From: a bacterium
Lineage (GTDB): Bacteria; Bacteroidota; Ignavibacteria; UBA10030
Reading direction: 5' to 3'
Length of the DNA stretch: 64,000 bases
NCBI GenBank assembly: GCA_043803945.1
Contig: JAZDJN010000016.1
Coordinates: forward strand, 1 to 64,000
Part shown: in pieces, positions 29,021 through 39,113 of the stretch
Layout: the number at the start of each line of letters is the position of its first letter
Position numbering within the stretch: position 1 is the first letter of the stretch
Program-made: the position numbers and the translations under genes
The notes under the pieces: generated by a model
Told to the model about the DNA's origin: nothing
The model's input: the letters and a program-made list of their open reading frames with translations, nothing else
The model's database searches: none

Positions 29021-30247
29021 TTAAGGGGTAATCAGCACCTTGTAGGCATCTCCTGATGCAATGGCCTGAAATCCTTTGTCATACTCTTCCAAGGGAAGCT
29101 GATGTGTGACAAATCCTGTTTTCATGAATTGCTTTGCGAGTCCCGCTTTAAGCAATTTTTCCATTTGAATCCAGGTTTTGAACATTTTCCGGCCAATAAT
29201 GCCATGAACGGTGATACCGCTGAAGATAATATTCTTTGCAAAGTCAACCTGCATAGTCCCGGCTGGAATACCGAGGAGTGAGAACGTCCCACCCATCCGC
29301 AGTATCTTATTGGCGTCGTCATAAGCACGATAGTTACCCGACATTTCATAGGCAGCGTCGACGCCGGTTGTATTTGTTTCGCTCATCACTGTATCCACCA
29401 GTGCTCGTCGACCATCATCCAGTGCTACGTCGAAGCAATGATCTGCACCATACGTCTTGGCAAGAGCAAATCGCTGAGTGGTTAATTTTTCATGAGTGAA
29501 ATTCCCATGAGAAGCATCAGTCACATAGATTCGTTTTGCACCTGCCCAGTGAGCAACAGCGACAGCCATCAGTCCTTGCACACCGCAGCCGAGGACTGCA
29601 ACATTGCGGCCTTTGATATTGGCGGAGAGCACGGTATGCGTTGCATTTCCCAGGGCATCCATAAAGCTGATAATCTCCGGCGGAATTTCGCGCTTATAGA
29701 AGATCCGTAGATTCTGCGCCGGCACCTTCACATACTTCGTCCATGCCCCATCGTCATGGACACCTTTGATAATGGTGTTCCGACAGACATGATATTCACC
29801 AAGCCGGCATTGATAGCACGTGAAACAGACCACATGCATCTCAGCGGTAGTGAAAAACTTTGTTCCGACGAATTTCATAAATTTCGGATCAACGGCTAGT
29901 GACGCCGGTGTTTTCCCTTTCAACTGCTTTTTGAGCTCTGGATATTCTTCTGCCTTTTTAATAACAAGTTTCGCCAGATGGATGCGTGCCTGCTTACCAG
30001 CATCGACGATATTGCCGACAAATTCATGTCCGATGGTAACTGGATCGCTCTTTGCGCGCATCATCTGCACGCGCAAGGAATCCTTGCTATGGTAGATTCC
30101 CACATCTGTACCGCAGATTGCACCGGCATAAACTTTGATAACGACATCATGAGGTCCCTCAACCTTTGGCTCCGGTTTATCGACGATCTGTAATCCGGTT
30201 AACCACTCGATACCTTCCTTCGGTTTTGGTTTTACGATTGCTTTCAT
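29021..30247 (-). CDS. L-threonine 3-dehydrogenase-like Zn-dependent MDR with a ~40-aa insertion
   Basis: ICGTD, GHEFVG, CxxCxxCx7C, DALGNATHT, GCGVQG, EMSG, GIIGRKMFKTW (Tdh signature). Confidence 0.82.
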   Translation of the reverse strand: MKAIVKPKPKEGIEWLTGLQIVDKPEPKVEGPHDVVIKVYAGAICGTDVGIYHSKDSLRVQMMRAKSDPVTIGHEFVGNIVDAGKQARIHLAKLVIKKAEEYPELKKQLKGKTPASLAVDPKFMKFVGTKFFTTAEMHVVCFTCYQCRLGEYHVCRNTIIKGVHDDGAWTKYVKVPAQNLRIFYKREIPPEIISFMDALGNATHTVLSANIKGRNVAVLGCGVQGLMAVAVAHWAGAKRIYVTDASHGNFTHEKLTTQRFALAKTYGADHCFDVALDDGRRALVDTVMSETNTTGVDAAYEMSGNYRAYDDANKILRMGGTFSLLGIPAGTMQVDFAKNIIFSGITVHGIIGRKMFKTWIQMEKLLKAGLAKQFMKTGFVTHQLPLEEYDKGFQAIASGDAYKVLITP

Positions 30248-30326
30248 ATGATTTTCCGTGGTTGATTTCTAGGCAAGTTCACTATGTGTGTACATCAGTG
30301 AGTTACACACAGCACGAATGTATAGA

Positions 30327-31367
30327 TTATTTCTTTTTCTTCCATTCCTCAAAATTTCTCCGAATATCACTTAAAACTTCACGATCGATCTGGTTATCTT
30401 CTCTGATCCGCACATCATAGTTTTCCCAGCCCATGAAATCCTGCAAAGCCTTTTTGGTCTTTGCGTCGAAGTCGCCATTCATTGGACCATCATAAAAAAC
30501 AAATCCTTTGTAGGCCTTCGTACTGAGAATTTCTTGAAGTTCCTTGCAGAGCGATCCATCAATTGGTATAAGGTTTTTAGAATCGGTTCGGTAATAGAAT
30601 AGTTTGTGGATCTTATAGAGACGTTCCAGTTCCTTCAATGGAGTGGCATGGTCGTAGATGCTGATATCGATGAGATCATCGGTAGTCCCATCATATCCGG
30701 CCCCTTTGCGTTTCACGAGAAGTGCTGCAGATTGTTCTCCCCGACGATCACCTCCAGCCCTCCCTCCGGCAACCAGTGCAGCGACGAGCCGATCAGCAAG
30801 TGATCCTTTTGTGCTTTCGAATGTCTTTGCCAGCGCCTCCACGGTTTCTTTACCAACAAGAATGTTTCCCTGTGCAGCAAATCCTTTTCCGACAATGACC
30901 TCACCTTTTCCGCCAGATGTTGATCCGGCTCTTCCTCCTGCCCAATCGAAGCATGCAGTACCTGTCCAGCTCGCAGCATTACCTTTCGCATCGATTATTC
31001 CAACCTGACGAACATCACGAGCCGTATCGTTCGCCAGAAGAATTCTCAAAGCTTCTTCAGCAGTTGCTCCATTACGTAAAAGCGTGAGTCCTTTCGGACC
31101 ATAGGAGACGTTGACGAACGATTGTGTTGCTATCGCACCGACACCCGCCTCTGCCCAGGGAACTACCGGTCGGACATTTGGAAATTTCGATTGAACTGCG
31201 ACACCTACGTCTCCATTCTCAAGATCGATTGCCGCTATCGAGAAGGTGGCAACAAGTGTGTCTCCATGCATACGCAACGCGTGGCGCGAACCTGGAGAAT
31301 TATTACTACAGATGAAAAATAATAAGACAACGATAAGAGCAGAAAACGGGATAATGCATCGAACCAT
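30327..31367 (-). CDS. DUF1028 Ntn-hydrolase-like protein with signal peptide and putative peptidoglycan-binding C-terminus
   Basis: ATFSI, GVAVQSKF, VGAIATQS, RQVGIID, QGNIL, GGDRRGEQSAAL. Start is uncertain (31367 or 31400). Confidence 0.85.
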   Translation of the reverse strand: MVRCIIPFSALIVVLLFFICSNNSPGSRHALRMHGDTLVATFSIAAIDLENGDVGVAVQSKFPNVRPVVPWAEAGVGAIATQSFVNVSYGPKGLTLLRNGATAEEALRILLANDTARDVRQVGIIDAKGNAASWTGTACFDWAGGRAGSTSGGKGEVIVGKGFAAQGNILVGKETVEALAKTFESTKGSLADRLVAALVAGGRAGGDRRGEQSAALLVKRKGAGYDGTTDDLIDISIYDHATPLKELERLYKIHKLFYYRTDSKNLIPIDGSLCKELQEILSTKAYKGFVFYDGPMNGDFDAKTKKALQDFMGWENYDVRIREDNQIDREVLSDIRRNFEEWKKKK

Positions 31368-31638
31368 TGAAATTTTCGCTCTATGCTGTTGTTCTTCCAT
31401 TCGCCCAATCGCTGAGAAGATAGAAATCCTTGTTGAGTAACGCTGCCTCTTTGCCGCGAAAATATAGGTAAAAACATGAAGAGACAACACTTTTTTTCAG
31501 CAAGAGTATCACATTCCGGCCTGTCGCAAAAATAGGAATGCGGGTAATCCACTAATCATGTCATGCTGTTACTTCAGAAGGATAACTACGATAGGATTCC
31601 ACTGATGTATAATGTACGGGGAAAATCGGAGGAGATGT

Positions 31639-33033
31639 TTACCTTGATTTAACCAATCGAATAGCAAATGATCCATCCATCGAGTGAATGTGCGGAAAGG
31701 TCTCGACAAAACCCTCCTGAGTCACAACCTCTTCATTGATAAACTTTTTTGCATTATCGATGGAGAATTCCGGATGTGCTGCCAGGAACGAACTCACAAC
31801 ACCGAAATTTTCTTCCGGTTCGGTCGTACAGGTACTGTAGACCAATACCCCGCCGGGTTTCACATGGGAAGCGGCATTTTCCAGGATACTTCTCTGAATC
31901 TTCACCAATTTATCCAGGTCTTCCGGTTCTCGCTGCCATTTGGCATCCGGTTTTTTTGAAAGCACACCCAATCCTGAGCAGGGTGCATCGACAAGAACTT
32001 TATCGGCTGGTGTGGTTTGTACCGTCGCTGCATCGGCAGCGATATAATGAGTATTGGCGATCCCAAGCCGCTGACAGGCATTTTTTACAAGATTGAGTCG
32101 TGTTTCATAACGATCTACGGCAATAATTTCTCCAACATTTTTCATTAACTCGCCGATCATTGTTGTCTTACCGCCAGGGGCAGCGCACATATCGATCACA
32201 CGGTCACCGGATTGTGGAGAGAGGAGCTGAACTGCCATACCGGCACTCTCATCCTGGACGATGAAAAAGCCCTGTTGAAACATTTCCGATCTGCCGATAC
32301 CTGCCATATGCTTGACGCGCACGAAAAAATCGAGATACCGTGATTTTGAAAATTCGATCTGATGCTGATCGAGCTGATTGAGAAAATAGGTAAAATCAAT
32401 TTTTGTCCGATTTACCCTCAACGTCAAATCGGGGATCTGATTATTCGCCTTGAGAAATTTTTCTGCATTCTCATATCCGAACCGGTTCACCCAGCGCTTC
32501 ACCATCCAATAGGGGTGCGATTCGATGACAGCGAGCGTCTGGATATTATCCTGAGCAGGATCGGGATATCGTATATTATCGATATTGCGGATGATATTTC
32601 TGAGAATGGCGTTTACCAGATCTGCCGCTTTTTGACTGCGTACTCGTTTGGTAAATTCCACCGCTTCATTCACTGCAGCAGATTGTGGAACCTTATCGAG
32701 AAAGAGTATCTGATACAATGCAACACGAAGCACGTTTCGGATATTGGTTTCAGCCTTGGTAAAATTTCCATGGAAAAAGCCCGTGAGCACCCAATCGAGT
32801 TTCATCTGCCAGCGAATGACACCGGTAACGATTTGATTCATAAGACCTTTATCGAGCTCGTTCATTTCAGTCCCACGGAGCTCAGCATCCACCAGTCTAT
32901 CGAGATAGGAATCAGACCGTTCAATACGATTGAGAATCTTTACTGCAGTTCCACGCGGCCCCTTATACAGACTTTGTCGTTCCGGGACTTGCTGAGGTTC
33001 AGCCGGTTCCTGTTTGCCTTCGCCATTTTCCAT
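31639..33033 (-). CDS. rsmB: 16S rRNA m5C967 methyltransferase
   Basis: NusB-like N-terminus, SHP.W, VQDES, DMCAAPGGKT, VDAPCSG, YSTCT..PEEN. Confidence 0.95.
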   Translation of the reverse strand: MENGEGKQEPAEPQQVPERQSLYKGPRGTAVKILNRIERSDSYLDRLVDAELRGTEMNELDKGLMNQIVTGVIRWQMKLDWVLTGFFHGNFTKAETNIRNVLRVALYQILFLDKVPQSAAVNEAVEFTKRVRSQKAADLVNAILRNIIRNIDNIRYPDPAQDNIQTLAVIESHPYWMVKRWVNRFGYENAEKFLKANNQIPDLTLRVNRTKIDFTYFLNQLDQHQIEFSKSRYLDFFVRVKHMAGIGRSEMFQQGFFIVQDESAGMAVQLLSPQSGDRVIDMCAAPGGKTTMIGELMKNVGEIIAVDRYETRLNLVKNACQRLGIANTHYIAADAATVQTTPADKVLVDAPCSGLGVLSKKPDAKWQREPEDLDKLVKIQRSILENAASHVKPGGVLVYSTCTTEPEENFGVVSSFLAAHPEFSIDNAKKFINEEVVTQEGFVETFPHIHSMDGSFAIRLVKSR

Positions 33034-33131
33034 TATAGTATCCTCACTATCACCCTAAAGGTATAAAAACAAAATGCGGAACGTTGGGGACATTCCGCAT
33101 AGAGTGGGACACATCAAATTCTCCAGCGATG

Positions 33132-33362
33132 TTAGCTGGCTTGTTCAACTGCTGTTTTTTGCAGATGTTTTGCGTACTTCTTCTGGAAGCGTTCGATCCG
33201 ACCTGCTGAGTCAAGCAATTTCTGCTTTCCGGTGAAGAACGGGTGGCAGCTTGAACAAATTTCAACATTCAGATTTCCTGTCGTAGAACGGGTTTCGAAT
33301 GTATTGCCACAGACACATTTTATTACAGTTTTCTTATAAGCTGGATGAATATCAGGTTTCAT
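33132..33362 (-). CDS. rpmE: 50S ribosomal protein L31 (zinc-binding form)
   Basis: [32 protein letters not shown]. Confidence 0.97.
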   Translation of the reverse strand: MKPDIHPAYKKTVIKCVCGNTFETRSTTGNLNVEICSSCHPFFTGKQKLLDSAGRIERFQKKYAKHLQKTAVEQAS

Positions 33363-33527
33363 TATACACTCCACTAATCACGTTTCATTTCACGACGTAA
33401 ATATAGTCAAAAATGCACAGATCCGCAATGGAATTTTACAAATTTTCTATAATCGGCTCCAACATCTGTACATCATTACAAAAGCGTTGATCAACGATCT
33501 ATCGAATTGTAGAACCAGGTTCCCGTC

Positions 33528-34247
33528 TTAGACAATCCCCTTTGATTTCCATCTCTCTAAAATCAACCGTGCCAATTCAAGGTCCTCGTGCGTTGTAATT
33601 TTTATATTATCATAGGACCCTTCCACAATCCTCGCTTTAATTCCGATGTGTTCGAGGAGTGCAGCATCATCAGTTGAGTAAAAGCAATCTTTCTTGGCTT
33701 GTTCATAAGCCTTCATCAATACTCCTGCCTTGAACGCCTGAGGTGTTTGAACGAGCCAGATCGCATTTCTGTCAAGCGTCTGATCAAAGAAATCCCCGCC
33801 GGCAGATCGTCGGATGGTATCTTTCGGTTGGACGGCAAGGACGGCAGCATCGTACTCCCTGCACGATTTAACAAGCTGGGCAATCCGTTTCGATTCGACA
33901 AAAGGGCGGACACCATCATGAACAAGGACGATATCGGAGGATTTCAGTGACAACTTCTTCAGGACATTATAAACAGAATCCTGCCTCCGTTCACCACCAA
34001 TGGTCACCTTGCTAACCTTATGGAGACGGTAATGCGAAGTCATCGATTCCATTTCCGCGATCGATTGTTCAGGTACAGCGACTGCGATCTCATCGATCTC
34101 AGTACAATGCTCAAATCGTTGCAGAGTATGAATGAGAATTGGTTTTTCCCGCAACAGAAGAAACTGCTTCTTGATTGTCCCTCCGATTCTTTTACCAGAT
34201 CCAGCTGCAGGGACAATGACAATCACTTTTGGACGAATGCGTGGCAT
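33528..34247 (-). CDS. ispD: 2-C-methyl-D-erythritol 4-phosphate cytidylyltransferase
   Basis: PAAGSGKR, KQFL, GGERRQDSV, HDGVRP, QTPQAF, TDDA, NIKITT. Confidence 0.96.
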   Translation of the reverse strand: MPRIRPKVIVIVPAAGSGKRIGGTIKKQFLLLREKPILIHTLQRFEHCTEIDEIAVAVPEQSIAEMESMTSHYRLHKVSKVTIGGERRQDSVYNVLKKLSLKSSDIVLVHDGVRPFVESKRIAQLVKSCREYDAAVLAVQPKDTIRRSAGGDFFDQTLDRNAIWLVQTPQAFKAGVLMKAYEQAKKDCFYSTDDAALLEHIGIKARIVEGSYDNIKITTHEDLELARLILERWKSKGIV

Positions 34248-34383
34248 GACTTGTTCACCAGATCTTTCTTCTCAAGCAGAGGAAGAGAACCGCCAACTCC
34301 AATCCAATCTGGACGGGAGTTGGATCAGCCTCCGGTACAATGACACTTGATCATTCAAGGCTTTACCAATCAGGGTCCAGCGA

Positions 34384-35421
34384 TTACAAAATAATCATTC
34401 CATCGCCGTAGCTATAAAAACGGTACTCCTCTTTAATCCCCTTTTTGTACGCCCGCATCATATAGTCATGACCAGCGAATGCACTCACAAGCATCATGAG
34501 GGTAGATTCCGGCAAATGGAAATTCGTAATCAATTTGTCCGTAATTTTAAAATCGTATGGTGGGAAAATGAATTTATCCGTCCACCCCTTCGATGGTTTG
34601 AGATGGCGGTCCGAGGTCACGCTTGATTCCAGTGCACGACAGGTGCTGGTACCGACAACAAACACCTGATGTTTGGAATCAATCGTCTTGTTGATGAGCT
34701 GGGCTGTATCGTCGGTAATTTCATAGTACTCGGAATCCATCTTATGCTTCGTGAGATCTTCTACTTCAACCGCACGGAACGATCCAAGCCCCACATGGAG
34801 AAGAACCGGGACGATCTTCACTCCTTTCGCCTGAATCTTTTTCAATAACTGTTTTGTGAAATGGAGCCCTGCTGTCGGTGCTGCGACAGCACCCAGTACG
34901 CGCGCATACACCGTCTGATACGATTCTTTATCTTTTTCAACGGCATCCCGTTTGATATAGTACGGCAGCGGGGTCATCCCGATGCGTTCGATAATCTTGA
35001 AAAAATCCCCCTTATGATTAAAGCGCACCGTGCGTCCCCTAGAGGTCGTATTGTCGATGACCTCGCACCAGAGTTTGCCATCATCGAAGAAGATTTTATT
35101 GCCGATTCGCACTTTCCGCGCTGGATCGACGATGACATCCCAAATATTTTCCTCTGCATTAAGCTCACGGAGAAGAAAGACTTCAATCTTCGCATTGGTC
35201 TTTTCCTTCTTCCCAAAGAGTCGTGCCTGAAAAACCTTCGTCTCATTCACAACAAGGCAATCGCCTTTATTCATGAAATCGACGATATCGAAAAACTTCA
35301 TATCCTCGATCGTTTCATCGCTCCGGTTCAGTACCATGAGCTGGGAATGATCTCTCGGTTTTGCAGGAAATTTTGCAATGAGATTTCTTGGCAGTGGATA
35401 TTTGAAATCTGAAAGCTTCAT
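34384..35421 (-). CDS. queA: SAM:tRNA ribosyltransferase-isomerase
   Basis: LSDFKY.LP, NETKV..ARL, YQTVYA, AAPTAGLHF, LHVG.G, VGT, TNFHLPEST, YSYGD. Confidence 0.97.
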   Translation of the reverse strand: MKLSDFKYPLPRNLIAKFPAKPRDHSQLMVLNRSDETIEDMKFFDIVDFMNKGDCLVVNETKVFQARLFGKKEKTNAKIEVFLLRELNAEENIWDVIVDPARKVRIGNKIFFDDGKLWCEVIDNTTSRGRTVRFNHKGDFFKIIERIGMTPLPYYIKRDAVEKDKESYQTVYARVLGAVAAPTAGLHFTKQLLKKIQAKGVKIVPVLLHVGLGSFRAVEVEDLTKHKMDSEYYEITDDTAQLINKTIDSKHQVFVVGTSTCRALESSVTSDRHLKPSKGWTDKFIFPPYDFKITDKLITNFHLPESTLMMLVSAFAGHDYMMRAYKKGIKEEYRFYSYGDGMIIL

Positions 35422-35569
35422 TGCTTGTTACCCCCACATAAGTATGTGATGTGCATCGATTGTCCTCGTGAAAATATCTCTGAGCAGGGTTCCATCAAAG
35501 CCTGGCTGAGCGGTGCTCCTGCACAGGCTCTAACGAAATCGATACCTCCGCGCTGACGACGAATTAATG

Positions 35570-38368
35570 TTAACGTTTACGGCCGCCTTTTTTCTTGGCA
35601 ACCTTCTTCGCTTTCTTTACAACGCGCTTGGCTCTTCCCGCCACTGCCGGTGAATCGTTGAGCAGTGCTGCGCGTGCTGCTGCAACCCGTGCAATCGGCA
35701 CACGGAATGGAGAACAACTTACATAGTTCAAACCGATGATATGACAGAACTCGATGCTCGATGGCTCACCGCCATGCTCTCCACAGATTCCGAGCTTAAT
35801 ATTAGGTTTGGTGCTCCGTCCTTTCTCGACGGCCATCTTCATTAATGCACCAACGCCAATCCTGTCGAGCACCTCGAATGGATCCTTGGCATAAATATCC
35901 TTTTCCACGTATGGGATAAGGAAGCGTCCCGCATCATCGCGGCTGACGCCAAGCGTTGTTTGGGTCAGGTCGTTGGTTCCAAAGCTGAAGAATTCGGCAA
36001 CGCTGGCAATCGCGTCTGCAGTAATTGCTCCACGGGGAATCTCAATCATCGTTCCGACGAGATAGGGGAACTTGACATTGTATTCCTTCATGACCGCTTC
36101 TGCATTCTGCCGGACAATTGCCGCCTGGTGTTCGAGCTCTTTCACATTGCCGACCAGGGGAATCATCACTTCAGGTTCAACAGGGATGCCCCGTTTTTTC
36201 ACTTCTGCAGCTGCTTCAAAAATTGCACGGGATTGCATTTCGGTAATTTCAGGAAAGATGATTCCAAGACGGCATCCGCGGAATCCGAGCATTGGGTTAA
36301 ACTCGTGCAACGATTCAACTCTCTGCTTCACCGTTTCATACGAAATCCCCATCTGCCGTGCAAGCTCGCGCTGCGCCGGTTCTTCGTGCGGAACGAATTC
36401 GTGCAATGGCGGATCGATCGTGCGGACAGTCACCGGTCGGCCGTTCATCACTTCAAAGATACCCTCAAAATCTTTACGCTGCAGCGGCAACAGTTTCGCA
36501 AGTGCTGCCTTACGCTGTTCGAGTGAATCGGCAAGAATCATTTCACGCATCGGACCAATTTTACCTTCACCGAAGAACATATGTTCCGTTCGGCAGAGTC
36601 CAATACCCTCGGCACCAAATGCAACGGCGTTCGCCGATTGATCGGGTTGATCGGCATTCGTGCGAATCTTCAGCCTTCGATACTTATCAGCCCACTTCAT
36701 AACTTTTGCAAAGGTTTGATAGACTGGGGCAGATTTCGGATCGAGCGATTTGTCGATCAAGACTTGCAATACCTCCGAAGGTTTGGTATTGATCTTTCCC
36801 TGAATCACCTGACCGGTTGTGCCGTCGATTGAAATCCAGTCACCCTCTTTCAGCGCTTTGTCAGCAACTTTCATCGTTCGGGTTGAATAATCGATCTCCA
36901 ATGTGCTGCAACCCGCAACGCAAACCCGGCCCATCTGCCGAGCAACGAGTGCCGCATGCGATGTCATTCCACCGCGGGCGGTTAGAATTCCCTCAGCGGC
37001 ATCCATTCCTTTAATATCCTCGGGAGATGTTTCGATTCGGGTCAGGATCACTTTCTCTCCCTTCTTCGTCCACACTTCGGCATCCTGAGCGTTGAAGACA
37101 ATCCGTCCTGTTGCCGCACCCGGTCCGGCATTCAATCCTTTTGCCAGCAAGCGACCGTTTATAATCGCCTCATCTTTCTCCTTCACATCAAAGATAGGCC
37201 GGAGGAGTTGATTGAGTTGATCGGGTTCGATACGTAGCAATCCTTCGCGATCGGAGATGAGTTTTTCATCGACCATATCGACTGCGATACGGATTGCTGC
37301 AAATGCCGTCCGCTTGCCGACACGGCACTGGAGCATGTAAAGCTTTCCCTGCTGAATCGTGAACTCGATGTCCATCATATCACGATAATGCTTCTCAAGG
37401 GTCTTTCGGATTTTCTCGAGCTGTCCGTACATCTTCGGATCCTGAGCAGCCAGTTGTGAGATTGGCAGCGGTGTACGGGTACCAGCAACCACATCTTCAC
37501 CCTGAGCATTCATTAAGAACTCGCCGTAGAAAACATTTTCACCTGAAGCGGCATCGCGGGTGAAGGCAACACCGGTTCCGGAATCTTCACCCATATTGCC
37601 AAAGACCATGGACTGAATATTCACCGCAGTACCCCATGATGCCGGGATGTCGTACATCTTGCGGTAAGCAATAGCCCGTTCATTCATCCAGGAATTGAAT
37701 ACTGCACCGACGGCACCCCAGAGCTGCTCCATGGGATCCTCGGGGAATTCCATCCCTCTCTTTTCCTTGATGGCCGCCTTGAACCTAACGACAAGATCCT
37801 TCAGGTCGTCGGCAGTGAGGTCGGTATCCTGATGGATGTTCCGTTCCTTCTTTTTCTCTCCGATGATCGCTTCGAATGGATCGATCTCATCCTTATGCAC
37901 CGGTTTTAAGCCAAGGACGACATCGCCATACATCTGCACAAACCGCCTGTACGAATCATAGACGAACCGTGCATTACCTGTTTTTTTGATCAATGCTTCA
38001 ACCGTCTTCTCATTCAAACCGAGGTTGAGAATGGTATCCATCATACCGGGCATTGAAGCGCGGGCTCCGGAACGGACCGACACGAGTAATGGATTTTTCA
38101 AATCACCCAGCTTGGCACCCATCGCTTTTTCAACTTTTACAAGTGCGACTTCAACCTCTTTCTTTAAGGTCTTTGGATAGGATGTGCCATGTTGGTAGTA
38201 ATAGCTACAGACCTCTGTAGACACTGTGAATCCCGGAGGGACCGGAAGGCCGATGTTGGTCATCTCTGCCAGGTTTGCACCTTTTCCACCGAGAAGATTT
38301 TTCATCTCCGCGGTTCCCTCGGCTTTTCCGCTGCCGAAGAAGTAAACGTATTTTGTTGTTTTTGCCAT
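35570..38368 (-). CDS. ppdK: Pyruvate, phosphate dikinase
   Basis: [38 protein letters not shown] (phospho-His), [22 protein letters not shown]. Confidence 0.97.
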   Translation of the reverse strand: MAKTTKYVYFFGSGKAEGTAEMKNLLGGKGANLAEMTNIGLPVPPGFTVSTEVCSYYYQHGTSYPKTLKKEVEVALVKVEKAMGAKLGDLKNPLLVSVRSGARASMPGMMDTILNLGLNEKTVEALIKKTGNARFVYDSYRRFVQMYGDVVLGLKPVHKDEIDPFEAIIGEKKKERNIHQDTDLTADDLKDLVVRFKAAIKEKRGMEFPEDPMEQLWGAVGAVFNSWMNERAIAYRKMYDIPASWGTAVNIQSMVFGNMGEDSGTGVAFTRDAASGENVFYGEFLMNAQGEDVVAGTRTPLPISQLAAQDPKMYGQLEKIRKTLEKHYRDMMDIEFTIQQGKLYMLQCRVGKRTAFAAIRIAVDMVDEKLISDREGLLRIEPDQLNQLLRPIFDVKEKDEAIINGRLLAKGLNAGPGAATGRIVFNAQDAEVWTKKGEKVILTRIETSPEDIKGMDAAEGILTARGGMTSHAALVARQMGRVCVAGCSTLEIDYSTRTMKVADKALKEGDWISIDGTTGQVIQGKINTKPSEVLQVLIDKSLDPKSAPVYQTFAKVMKWADKYRRLKIRTNADQPDQSANAVAFGAEGIGLCRTEHMFFGEGKIGPMREMILADSLEQRKAALAKLLPLQRKDFEGIFEVMNGRPVTVRTIDPPLHEFVPHEEPAQRELARQMGISYETVKQRVESLHEFNPMLGFRGCRLGIIFPEITEMQSRAIFEAAAEVKKRGIPVEPEVMIPLVGNVKELEHQAAIVRQNAEAVMKEYNVKFPYLVGTMIEIPRGAITADAIASVAEFFSFGTNDLTQTTLGVSRDDAGRFLIPYVEKDIYAKDPFEVLDRIGVGALMKMAVEKGRSTKPNIKLGICGEHGGEPSSIEFCHIIGLNYVSCSPFRVPIARVAAARAALLNDSPAVAGRAKRVVKKAKKVAKKKGGRKR

Positions 38369-38405
38369 TCTTAATTTACCTTCTTTCTTAACTATTGTTA
38401 CGCGG

Positions 38406-39113
38406 TTACTGATGGTTTTTTTCAATACCAGAGTTTTCGATTTCCGAATAAAATCTCTTCATAAGATCTTTAGACGCAGGATTGTCAAAATCTTCCATCC
38501 GTTCCGGATGCCATTGCACAAGCAGAAGAAACGATTGATTGCTGCTGTTATGCCGCTCTGCAGCCTCACATACTCTGTCGGCAGACCAGCAAACCGCCAG
38601 CAGCCCTGGAGCAAGAGCTTTTACTGCTTGATGATGATACGAATTCACATCGAGTTCAATTCTGCCGACGATGGAATACAGCACAGAGTTGGTCAAAACC
38701 CGAACCGGATGCCTGTTTTCCCTCCCATCGATTTTTGAATGATTTCTATATCCATTCGATTGAAGATCTGCAATCAAGCTTCCACCCAGGGCGACATTTA
38801 TTATCTGCATTCCGCGACAGATTCCCAGGAGCGGTATCTTTTTATCCAAGGCCTTCCTTATCACCGCAAGCTCATGCTCATCTCTCGCCACATCGATTCG
38901 TTTTGCTTTGGCGATTTCCGATTCAGCCTGATAGAACTTTGGATGCACATCGCCACCGCCGGTTAATACAATTCCATCGAGGGTACTGAAATCCAGCGAT
39001 GCACCCTGAGTCCAATAAAGTCTCTGAATTTCAATACGGGGATCACACCGATGAATCCATTGTTCATAGAGTACACTATCTTTATTCCCGGGATCCGTAA
39101 TTCCGATTCTCAT
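38406..39113 (-). CDS. Peptidase C26 / gamma-glutamyl-gamma-aminobutyrate hydrolase family
   Basis: LTGGGDV, RD..E, GICRGMQ, VNSYHHQ, VQWHPE. Confidence 0.92.
   Translation of the reverse strand: MRIGITDPGNKDSVLYEQWIHRCDPRIEIQRLYWTQGASLDFSTLDGIVLTGGGDVHPKFYQAESEIAKAKRIDVARDEHELAVIRKALDKKIPLLGICRGMQIINVALGGSLIADLQSNGYRNHSKIDGRENRHPVRVLTNSVLYSIVGRIELDVNSYHHQAVKALAPGLLAVCWSADRVCEAAERHNSSNQSFLLLVQWHPERMEDFDNPASKDLMKRFYSEIENSGIEKNHQ

Noticed and set aside
32362-33066. 234-aa plus-strand ORF
   Set aside because: Antisense shadow of rsmB.
35422-35569. Possible preQ1 riboswitch upstream of queA
   Set aside because: A hairpin (AGCCTG...CAGGCT) is present, but I see no preQ1 consensus or A-rich tail. 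It is more likely a ppdK terminator or stability hairpin.
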